A DNA stretch of 63,466 nt, counting the filler, from Octopus bimaculoides (Eukaryota), in the NCBI RefSeq assembly GCF_001194135.2. It is 7 parts of 7 records of this genome, joined end to end, with 100 filler letters (N's around TTAATTAATTAA, not from the genome) between each part and the next. Parts side by side here need not be neighbours in the genome. Positions count along the whole stretch, not along the records: positions 48,154 to 56,624 come from NW_026310982.1; positions 56,725 to 63,466 come from NC_068982.1; 5 more parts are not named here. One strand, 5' to 3'. Position 1 is the first letter of the stretch, and the number at the start of each line of letters is the position of its first letter. This document shows, piece after piece, positions 52,792 to 63,466 of the stretch. Both the position numbers and the translations under genes were made by a program. The notes beneath the pieces are model-generated. The model did not search any database. It saw only the letters and a program-made list of their open reading frames with translations, and had not been told where the DNA came from.

Positions 52792-53215
52792 GCGCTGTGT
52801 GGTAAGAAGTTTGTTTTCCAACCACATGGTTCCGAGTTCAGTTCCGCAGCGTGACACCTTGGGCAAGTGTCTTCTACTTTAGCTTCGAACCAACCAAGAC
52901 CTTATGAGTAAATTTGGTAAACGGAAACTGATAGAAGCCCGTCATAGTTTTATATATATATATGTATATATGTGTGTGTGTGTGTGTGTGTGTTTGTGTA
53001 TTTGTGTCCGTGTTTGTCTTGCACTATTGATTGATAACGGTGTTAGTGTGTTTATGTTCCCGTAGCCTGGCGGTTCGGTAAAAGACACCGATAGAATAAG
53101 TATTAAGTTTCACAAAAATAATGTGGGCGATTCATTCGACTAGAATTCTTCAAGGTTGTGCCCCAGCATGGCCGCAGTCAAATGACTGAAACAAATAAAT
53201 GATAAAAAGAAAAGA
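52792..53215 (+). mobile_element. SINE family A, full length (a partial minus-strand copy lies at 52190-52330)
   Basis: The head GCTGTGTGGTAAGAAG...CCGAGTTCAGTTCCGC runs to the tail CCAGCATGGCCGCAGTCAAATGACTGAAACAA. Confidence 0.9.
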
Positions 53216-53675
53216 AAAAAGAAAACACACATACACAAAGGAGGGGAGGAGAAGTCAGAGGCAAAGAAGAAGTAGAGTGGTGGTAGAGAGAACGAGAATG
53301 AAAGAGAGAAAGGAGGGAGGTGAAAGTAACTAAAATGACCAACGGCCGGAGCTGACCGACGCCTCTTCGGACTTTCGTCGTCTTCATTTGGAAAAGCACT
53401 AATTACTTACCAGATTGGCCTGAGCAGATTTCAAGTGCGGCTTTAAGTAGCGTAAGCGACATCAATTCCAATTATTCTTACGTGGTCTGTCCTTCCCACC
53501 TCACCATCACCACCACCACCACCACCATCACCGCAGACCACCCCCAGCACTGTCTAATTATAAACTGCCTCTACACACACGTGCCCACACGCACATGAAT
53601 ATATACATATATGTACACGCACATGAATGCACGCATATATTTATATGTATATATATATACATACATGTATCTATG

Positions 53676-53717
<42 letters not shown>

Positions 53718-53842
53718 CAGAGAGAGAGGGGGAGAGATATGCATATATTATGGATAGATAGATTGATAGAAGATATGTATATATTATGCATATATATACG
53801 TATATATACAGAGAGAGAGAGGGGGGAGAGAGTGAGCTAGCT

Positions 53843-53897
<55 letters not shown>

Positions 53898-54151
53898 CAA
53901 GATAGATAGATATTTGATGACACCTAAATTCTTGAATAGAGGTTTCACAAACTCTGAGTGGCGATAAATAAAACTCACGAGAAGTGAAACGTGTGCATGT
54001 ATGTGTATACATACATACATACATACCTACATAACGTGTACATACATACATACGTATGCGTATATGTAAAGGCGCAGGTGCGCGTGTGTGTGCGTGCATA
54101 TATGAGTGCGTATACAGATGCACTGGTCAGACTTTTGTGCCGTAGACGCTC

Positions 54152-54185
<34 letters not shown>

Positions 54186-55147
54186 TTAAATTTAATTAGA
54201 GGTTGTGTTAACCTCATGAAGGGATGGATTCATCCAAGGAAATATTAGTTCAATATCTGGTATTTTGAGGGAAATAAATTTCCTTAAAATAATAGGCATA
54301 TATATATATATATATATNNNNNNNNNNNNNNNNNNNNNNNNNNNNNNNNNNNNNNNNNNNNNNNNNNNNNNNNNNNNNNNNNNNNNNNNNNNNNNNNNNN
54401 NNNNNNNNNNNNNNNNNNNNNNNNNNNNNNNNNNNNNNNNNNNNNNNNNNNNNNNNNNNNNNNNNNNNNNNNNNNNNNNNNNNNNNNNNNNNNNNNNNNN
54501 NNNNNNNNNNNNNNNNNNNNNNNNNNNNNNNNNNNNNNNNNNNNNNNNNNNNNNNNNNNNNNNNNNNNNNNNNNNNNNNNNNNNNNNNNNNNNNNNNNNN
54601 NNNNNNNNNNNNNNNNNNNNNNNNNNNNNNNNNNNNNNNNNNNNNNNNNNNNNNNNNNNNNNNNNNNNNNNNNNNNNNNNNNNNNNNNNNNNNNNNNNNN
54701 NNNNNNNNNNNNNNNNNNNNNNNNNNNNNNNNNNNNNNNNNNNNNNNNNNNNNNNNNNNNNNNNNNNNNNNNNNNNNNNNNNNNNNNNNNNNNNNNNNNN
54801 NNNNNNNNNNNNNNNNNNNNNNNNNNNNNNNNNNNNNNNNNNNNATAACAGAGAAAAACAGTATGCGAGGAAAACAGACCGAATTAAAACATTTAACAAC
54901 ACAAATAAAAATATTATGCATACTTTATTTTTATATAAAAGAAGAAAAAGAAAATGGAGATTGGGAAGATAATAATTGTTTATAATTAACAGCAAATTGG
55001 TCATTTTCAACGGGTTTAAGTGAAGATGATCAATTTACTGTTAATAATAAACAGCTATTAACTTCACAATCTCCATTTGCTTCTTCTTTTAAATGAATAT
55101 AAAATATATTTGCGCGCGTGCGCATGCGTGTGTGTGTGAGAGAGCAA

Positions 55148-55183
55148 AGTCTGACGAAGGTAGGCCGAAACTTGTAAGTTACT
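55148..55183 (+). ncRNA. Minimal type I hammerhead ribozyme motif (Penelope-type)
   Basis: AGT-CTGACGA-A-GG-TAGG-CC-GAAA-CTT-GT-AAG-T-T/ACT. Stem I is AGT:ACT, stem II is GG:CC, and stem III is ACTT:AAGT, lying in the self-complementary AACTTGTAAGTT. Predicted cleavage is after GUU at 55180. Confidence 0.7.
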
Positions 55184-55361
55184 GTCAACCTTTTCATTGT
55201 AAAAGTTTTATAAATATGTACGCTACTAATAGTTATTGAGAAATCCTTCAGCTTGTGTGTGTGTATATATATGTGTATGTGTGTGTGTATATATATGTGT
55301 ATGTGTGTGTGTGTGTATGTGTGTATGTATGTATGTATGTATGTATGTATATATAAAATAC

Positions 55362-55625
55362 AAAAATAGGACAAAAACGCAAAACATCCAGACAGGTGAA
55401 ACAAAAAAGGGACATCAAAACATCCAGATAGACGACACAAGGAAAACAAGGACGGGTCATTCGGAGTTTTCTATCCTCAGTCGAGTTCCAGATTATCTTT
55501 GCAATTTCGGCTGGCTATTCTCGAGATTGCTCCAATCTGGCCAGCCCCAAGGAAAAAATAAGCTAAGAGCATTAGATTCATTGGAAGAAAGCAGCGAATG
55601 TATACACACAAATATATATTCATGC
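55362..55625. mobile_element. Interspersed repeat, probably Penelope-derived and non-autonomous
   Basis: An A-rich spacer is followed by GGGTCATTCGGAGTTTTCTATCCTCAGTCGAG. The layout resembles 45945-46115 and 22250-22360. Confidence 0.4.
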
Positions 55626-56064
55626 AAAAGCTAAGTTAGGGACAGTGGTTGTGGTATTGTTATTGCATTCTGAAAACCTTGATTCTGTATCTCGAAAGGA
55701 ATCAATACATGGTACTTTTACATGAAATTTGTACCTATAGCATTATTCCTATTACATTGATGCTCGAACGATTTATGATGATAGAGAGAGTAAGCGATCA
55801 TTTACCAAATTGTTCTTGTAGACGTGTGTGTGCAGAAAATGAAATCTGGTAAAGAGTTACACTAGTTAGCTTGGTGCTGTATGTTGTTGTGGATTGTGTA
55901 GGATATGAAGAAGGTTTAGTTGTGATTCTCTTACCTCTTTTGCTATTCTGTATTGTCTGAAAACCACATGTTCAGTGACTCTAATCCTCTTGCGATTATT
56001 ACTATAATCACGTTACCGCTCTAATACGTGTGCCTGAAAAGAGGATTCTGCGGCGAGGTGCTGA

Positions 56065-56283
56065 CAAAAATATTCTTTTCTACTCTAGGCACAAGGCCCG
56101 AAATTTTTGGTGAGGGAGCCAGTCGATTAGATCAACCCCTGTACGCAACTGGTACTTAATTTATTGACCCTGAAAAGATAAAGGGCAAAGTTGACCACAG
56201 CGGAATTTGAACTCAGAACGTAAAGACAGACGAAATGCCGCTAAGCATTTCACCCAGCGTGATAAAGATTCTTCCAGCTCGCC
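56065..56283 (-). mobile_element. SINE family B, near full length
   Basis: It contains TACTCTAGGCACAAGGCCCGAAATTTTTGG...GGAATTTGAACTCAGAACGTAAAGACAGACGAAATGCCGC. Confidence 0.9.
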
Positions 56284-56313
56284 AGCATGGCCGCAGTCTA
56301 GTGAATGAAACAA

Positions 56314-56570
56314 GTCGTCGTCGTGGCTATCCCTCTTTCTTCAAAGGATGATGGATTTGTTCTAATCTATGTTGGGTTGTTGCTGTACTCGAAGGCGGCC
56401 GATGAGTCCATTTTGGTCTTTGGGGGATCTTCTGCAAGTCGAATTCTTCCTTGTGGATGATTTCGTCTGAGTTGGGGTTGCGTCTCATTCCTTCTTCTTC
56501 GCTTGTCTCGAATATAATTGTTCCTTCACAGATGATGGAACTCCAGAGGGTTTCGCTCATTTTCATTTTC
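56314..56570 (-). mobile_element. RTE LINE 3' end fragment with (GAC)n tail
   Basis: The minus strand reads TLWSSIICEGTIIFE (DRxxWRxxIxEG-like), then a frameshifted GLIGRLRV (IGLISHLRTH-like), ending in GACGACGAC. Confidence 0.6.
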
Positions 56571-56724
56571 TTCCCAGGCGCAGGAGTGGCTGTGTGGTAA
56601 GTAGCTTGCCTACCAACCACATGGNNNNNNNNNNNNNNNNNNNNNNNNNNNNNNNNNNNNNNNNNNNNTTAATTAATTAANNNNNNNNNNNNNNNNNNNN
56701 NNNNNNNNNNNNNNNNNNNNNNNN

Positions 56725-57470
56725 GGTGTTGGTGGCTGTGGAGGTAATATTGATGCGTTTGTTGTTGTTGATGATGCTGGTTGTGGTAGTGGTGATGATG
56801 AAGATGGTGGAGTTTGCCGTTGGTCATCCTCCCCACCATCGCCGCAGACCACCCCACTCTCACCACGACCACCACCACCGACCGGTGTTGGGGGTGGTGG
56901 GGGTGACGCTGTTAAACACTGTTTGTTCAACAACCTGTTGCTGGTGTTGTTGTTGTTGTTGTTTGTTTTCGTGTTCTTTTTAATGTTATGCGTATTTTTT
57001 TTAATTTTCTTGTTTTTGTGTTTGTTATTGTTGATATTGTACTCACTATTGTTGCTGTTGCAGTTGTTGTTGTCGTCGTTGCGGCTACTCCGCGTTCTCG
57101 TAGTTATAGTAGTAGCAGTAGTAGTAGTAGCAGTAGTAGTAGTAGGAGTAACAGTATTACAACTGTTGTTGTTTTTGTTGTTATTGTTGTTGCTATTGTT
57201 GTGGTTCTTGCGGCTTCTTGTAATAGTAGTAGTAGTAGTGGTAGTAGAAGTGTCAGTAGCAGTGGTTGCTGTAGCTGTTGTTGTAGTTGCAGTGTGGTTG
57301 TTGTTGTTGCTGTTGTTGTTGATCATAATATCCGTCATTGAATTGTTGTTGTTGTTCGCCGTGGTGTTCTTATTGTTGTTTGATGTTGTCGAAGTGCTGG
57401 TGGCGGCGGCGGCGGTGATGTTGCTGTTGTGCCGTTTACACGCGCTGTTGTTGTGAAGCTTTCTTCCCAT
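56725..57470 (-). CDS. Candidate first coding exon of a low-complexity (poly-N/T, Pro-rich) protein, truncated by the scaffold end
   Basis: The ATG sits in a good context (GCAACAATGG), and the frame is open for about 248 codons to the scaffold edge. Non-repetitive stretches (MGRKLHNNSACKRH; LLNKQCLTASPPPPPTPV; DGGEDDQRQTPP) are interleaved with triplet runs, and a TATA-like GATATAAG lies about 315 bp upstream. Triplet repeats alone can also produce such ORFs. Confidence 0.35.
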
Positions 57471-57894
57471 TGTTGCAAACGAATGAATAACGACGACGAG
57501 ATGACGACGATGACGGCGGCAGCGGTGGTGGCGGCGGCGGCGGCTGCAACTACGACGACGATGACGACGACGAAAGTGCTGATGATGATGATGATGATGA
57601 TTGTGTATATAAGGAAGCTGGTGGTGTTGTTTTCCTTTGCTGCTGCTGATGATGATAACGACAACGACAAGGATGATGATGATGCTAGCTGTATGTGTGT
57701 GCGCCTGTTTGTGTGTCGGGCAAGGGTTGAAGAAGTGTGGTGGTGGGGTGGATGAAATCTCCCTCCTCTTCTGCCTCCCCCCTTATATCTCTCCCAACCA
57801 CAATATTTCACTGGAAAAAACCCTACACACCAACCGACCACTGACGTTGTGTCGACATCTTCTGATAGAGAAACTCCACAATCTAACTTTCTCT

Positions 57895-57895
57895 C

Positions 57896-57978
<83 letters not shown>
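57895..57978. repeat. (CT)n microsatellite
   Basis: Seen directly. Confidence 0.97.
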
Positions 57979-60448
57979 ATTCATATAAACACTCTCTCTC
58001 TCTTCTCTATGTCTCTCCTTTTGTGTCTTTCCTCTTTCGCCCGCGCTCTCTCCTTCTATCCATCACTCTATCGCCCTTCCTTTCTCTCTATACATCTCTC
58101 TTGTTTCCAACTTTTTCTCTCTCTCTCACTAATTCATTCATTCCTCTCACTAAATCACACACATACGCACGCATACACATACACATACACATACATACAC
58201 ACACACATACACACACACATACATACATACATACATACATACATACATACATACAGATTCACTCACGTTTTCTCTGATTCTCTACCTTATTTTGCTGTTC
58301 ATTCGATTTACACCACCTCCACCTCCACCACCACCACCACCACCNNNNNNNNNNNNNNNNNNNNNNNNNNNNNNNNNNNNNNNNNNNNNNNNNNNNNNNN
58401 NNNNNNNNNNNNNNNNNNNNNNNNNNNNNNNNNNNNNNNNNNNNNNNNNNNNNNNNNNNNNNNNNNNNNNNNNNNNNNNNNNNNNNNNNNNNNNNNNNNN
58501 NNNNNNNNNNNNNNNNNNNNNNNNNNNNNNNNNNNNNNNNNNNNNNNNNNNNNNNNNNNNNNNNNNNNNNNNNNNNNNNNNNNNNNNNNNNNNNNNNNNN
58601 NNNNNNNNNNNNNNNNNNNNNNNNNNNNNNNNNNNNNNNNNNNNNNNNNNNNNNNNNNNNNNNNNNNNNNNNNNNNNNNNNNNNNNNNNNNNNNNNNNNN
58701 NNNNNNNNNNNNNNNNNNNNNNNNNNNNNNNNNNNNNNNNNNNNNNNNNNNNNNNNNNNNNNNNNNNNNNNNNNNNNNNNNNNNNNNNNNNNNNNNNNNN
58801 NNNNNNNNNNNNNNNNNNNNNNNNNNNNNNNNNNNNNNNNNNNNNNNNNNNNNNNNNNNNNNNNNNNNNNNNNNNNNNNNNNNNNNNNNNNNNNNNNNNN
58901 NNNNNNNNNNNNNNNNNNNNNNNNACTTTACTGCTTTTTACCACCCTTGCTGCCACCGCCATCACCCCCGCCTCATCCGCCCCTATCTCCACCATCGCCG
59001 CCAACTCCGCCATTGTGCCATTGCCGTAACCCGTAACCCCAGCCCTTCCCTGCCGCTCCCACAAACCTCGCTCTTACCAATAAACATCGTAAACACCGCA
59101 GCCATCCTCGTCGTCGCCACCGTCATCGCATCGCTATCATTATTTCCTCTCCCACCACCACCTTCAGCATAAGCATCGTATCATAAACATGGCCACCCTT
59201 ACTGCCACCCCCACACCCGCTACCGCTACCCGTGTCTTTATCACCCACCATCTTGGTAAATATCGTTCTGGCTCGCTCTGCGCCGCCACCACTAGCATTA
59301 GTAATAGCTTATCGCAATCGCCGTCGCCGCCACCGACAACACTTCCTCAACATCCCCACCTCCACAGCAAACAGAGTCACCACCTCCACCATAGTTATAA
59401 CATAAAAAAAATTATATAAAAAGCAACACAGCTCCGTGCCACCACTACCATCATCATGTATTGCAACCACCACCGTCGCCACTACCACTACAACCTCCCA
59501 TCACTTCTCCACCATCGTCTTAACACAACAAACACCACCACCGCTACTACCATCACGTCTACAACCATATTTCGGTAAACATACATTCACACACGCACAC
59601 ACACACACACACATTCAGGGACACACATATGCAGACACCAACACATATACACACACACAATTGTATATAGTCGCCTATACACAGTCATATGCGAACAGAT
59701 CCACACACACGCACATACACACGTACAGACAGATATACACACTTAGACACACACAGTCGTATCCATACACATTGCAGAGAAACCTCACCGCCGCCATCCC
59801 CACTAGAATTCCCTCCCTTCGGCACCATCTCCACCGCCACCGTATACGTCACTTCCTTTCCCTTATACTTCTTTCTTTCCTTCTTTCCATCATTATACTT
59901 TTTTATTTTCTTTCTCGTTTATATATTTATATTTTTATTTTATTTATTTATCTATTTATTTATCTATTTATTTATTTATTTTCCTCCATCAGTTCGTTTC
60001 TTCTCCATCAGCACCACCGCCACCAGCAACACATCACGCACCGCCGCCATTATCATCAACATAAAGCCGCCACCCTCCGCCGTCACCTCCACAACCGCCA
60101 CCACCACCACTACCAACGCATTAGTCGTCTCCGTCAATAGTTAAACCCCACACACCGTCATGCTCACCACACACACACACACACATATAACGCCCCCATA
60201 CCTCCTCTTCCATACCGCTCACTCCATCACCGTTTCTCCCCCACCCCGGCCCGCCTTTCTCCCTTTCACCTTCTCTCACCTTCCAACCTCCCCTTCTCTC
60301 CTACTTACCGCCCTTCTGCTGCATATATACATACTTATATACATACATGTATATATATATATATATATGTATGAACATACATATATATACACATTACCAT
60401 ATATATATATATATATATATACATAATACACACATATGCCTAAATGCA

Positions 60449-60479
<31 letters not shown>

Positions 60480-61346
60480 CACGTACACACATATATTTAT
60501 ATACATATACATATATAAAAAACATACACAAATACAAAATTTTATGTTCACAACACAGATATGTGTATATGTATACGTATATATATCTATACACACACAT
60601 ATATATATATACATATACATATACATATACATTCATAAATACATATATACATATATCTCTCTCTCTCTCCCTCTCCCTCCCTGTATATAAATATACAGAT
60701 ATATATATATATTTGTATCTATATGTATATACACACACATATTTATATATATACATATGTATATATCTTCTATACACGTGAACACATATTTTTTTTCCTT
60801 TCTGCAGTTCTTTTCTCTCTCTCCCCCCCTTTCCTTACTTCACCACGGCTCCTCCTCCTCCTCCTCTTGTCCGCCATCTTTCCTCCTTATCCTGCCAGCC
60901 GCCATTATCCTCCGCCACCCACCCCGACTCTCCTCACTCCTCCACCACACCACATCTTCCTCCACCCTGTCCCTCACCCTTCCTCTTCGCTTACCTACGC
61001 TCCATCGACCACAACGCGTACGTGTTCACACGCATATGCACATACACATACACCATACGCATGCACATACATAATTACCAACGTATATAGACGGACATAT
61101 GCATATACGCTTATGTGTATGTATGCATATTATGTTTATATGTGTATATATCTATCTATCTATATATATATATACATACACACACATATATAAACGTATA
61201 CGTTAAATGTGTATATGTTATGTGAATATGTCAGTGTTATGTATGTGTATGAGTGTGTATATATATTTATATGCGCTAATCGATGCACACACACACACAA
61301 ATATATGTACTTAGACATATACATACCTACATAAACACATATATAC

Positions 61347-61437
<91 letters not shown>

Positions 61438-61651
61438 CAGACAAACACACACGTATATATTTCTATATGTAAAACTATATGAAGCTATATACTTCCACAC
61501 ATGTTCCTACACATCAACGCGTGTGTGTGTGCTTATAAACGTATCTGCACGTATACTGTTTACAATGAACATACACTCACATACGTATAAGTACGCACGC
61601 GTGCAGAGAAAAAGTATAACCTACGCAGGAAAGCACTCATTGCACACACAG

Positions 61652-61685
<34 letters not shown>

Positions 61686-61967
61686 GCACACACACGCACG
61701 CACACACACACACACTATAACCTACAGAATGTGTATGTATTTATATACACATCCTAGACACATATTCATACTCATGTAAGGACAAACACTATTTTCATAC
61801 ACATTTATACGTACATAGACAAGCACACAAACACACACATATATATACACACTTATACACACACACACGTGTTCACAGATGCCAAAAAATTCTCAAGACC
61901 CGAACAAACACTGACGTTCACACATACACACAGTTCTGCGCATGCACATATATGTATGTATATATAA

Positions 61968-62027
<60 letters not shown>

Positions 62028-62652
62028 AGATATACACATCAACATACGCACACACTTACATACATACGTACATACGTACATACAAACATATATATTTACA
62101 TACACACAGCCACGGAACCATATCTCATACATTTAATCATACACAACAACGGAAACATAAGACAAAGGGAAACTCTGTACATACTTACATACACACACAG
62201 CCGTTTATAGATATATACACATACATAGACACACGCACACACAAACACACGCATATGTGTATGTATTTTTCATAGTCACCCACACACGTACAATACCACA
62301 TAGACGCATACATTCACAGAAACACCGACAGACACACATGCACGCATAACTAAACCACCCACTGACAGACGGACGAACACACAGACACAGCGATAAAGGC
62401 GAACACATAATCAAACACGTTAACACATACATATATACACACACACATACACTTACATACACATTAAGAAGAAAACAGCGAGAAACGCCATATACTGACA
62501 ATACAATATCTTACATACAAATATATACGCATACTTATATTTAAGCGTATATATGAGAATATAGTGTGTATATATACATATGTATATTCAAACATACATA
62601 TATATATTTAATATATATATATATATACATATATCTGTGTGAGAGTGTGTGT

Positions 62653-62683
<31 letters not shown>

Positions 62684-62925
62684 AATAATATACACGTATA
62701 TACACTTGCATATGCAGAGAAAAATGTAAGTGAAACTATACATATAAGATGATTAAAGCACATACAAATACGCATGTATGTATAAAATATTTTACACACA
62801 CAAACGATCATATATATATTGAATATAAGCATTACATATATATACATACATACATATATACGTATATATATATATACAGGTATTTGTATATTAAATAGAT
62901 GCATTATGTATATATATATATATAC

Positions 62926-63051
62926 ATGTGTGTTAGTAATTGTCATTCAGTACGTCTTTTCTGGTTTTGTCTCCTATGTACGTACGATTGTATGTATCGA
63001 TGTATATAGTTACATACATATACATAATGAATGTATGCACTTATACTAAGA

Positions 63052-63087
<36 letters not shown>

Positions 63088-63175
63088 NNNNNNNNNNNNN
63101 NNNNNNNNNNNNNNNNNNNNNNNNNNNNNNNNNNNNNNNNNNNNNNNNNNNNNNNNNNNNNNNNNNNNNNNNNNN

Positions 63176-63211
<36 letters not shown>

Positions 63212-63342
63212 GGGGGTCTTAGTATAAGTGCATACATTCATTATGTATATGTATGTAACTATATACATCCATACATACAATCGTACGTACATAGGAGACA
63301 AAACCAGAAAAGACGTACTGAATGACAATTACTAACACACAT
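62926..63342. repeat. Near-perfect inverted duplication (arms of about 160 bp) flanking an N gap
   Basis: 62926-63087 is the reverse complement of 63176-63342, apart from microsatellite length and one substitution (ATCGAT vs ATGGAT). Confidence 0.9.
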
Positions 63343-63430
63343 ACACACACACTTTTATAGAGGAAAGGCATAATGCCACGCATTCACACACACTTACAGT
63401 TAGCATCTCCATATATACACGCACACAAAC

Positions 63431-63466
<36 letters not shown>

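Noticed and set aside
58925-60320. C-rich CCA/CCG triplet mosaic giving ORFs in several frames
   Set aside because: There is no consistent frame, domain or splice structure, so it is treated as low-complexity non-coding sequence.

Overview
This is AT-rich, microsatellite-dense eukaryotic DNA with many N gaps. The SINE families and repeat style point to an octopod cephalopod, most like Octopus (inference; no database search was run). The window is not one locus. Six identical 100-bp spacers (44 N + TTAATTAATTAA + 44 N) join seven small scaffolds: 1-11387, 11488-17082, 17183-24767, 24868-34975, 35076-48053, 48154-56624 and 56725-63466. Almost all ORFs in the supplied track are artefacts of simple repeats or N runs. 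The recognisable content is mobile DNA: three families of tRNA-derived SINEs, two R4/Dong LINE 3' ends, two RTE LINE fragments (one with a 5' inversion), a Penelope-like GIY-YIG endonuclease ORF that the track missed, mariner- and piggyBac-type MITEs, Helentron-like heads and a decayed CR1/L2-like RT. No host gene could be named. One low-complexity ORF (56725-57470, minus strand) is a plausible first coding exon. The most unusual items are a ~1.7-kb convergent (foldback-like) array of a diverged 21-bp unit that reads as the heptad IVETDRD, a minimal Penelope-type hammerhead ribozyme, an RTE with a twin-priming-like inversion, and a pair of CRE sites followed by a TATA box. Repeat boundaries are approximate, read by eye.
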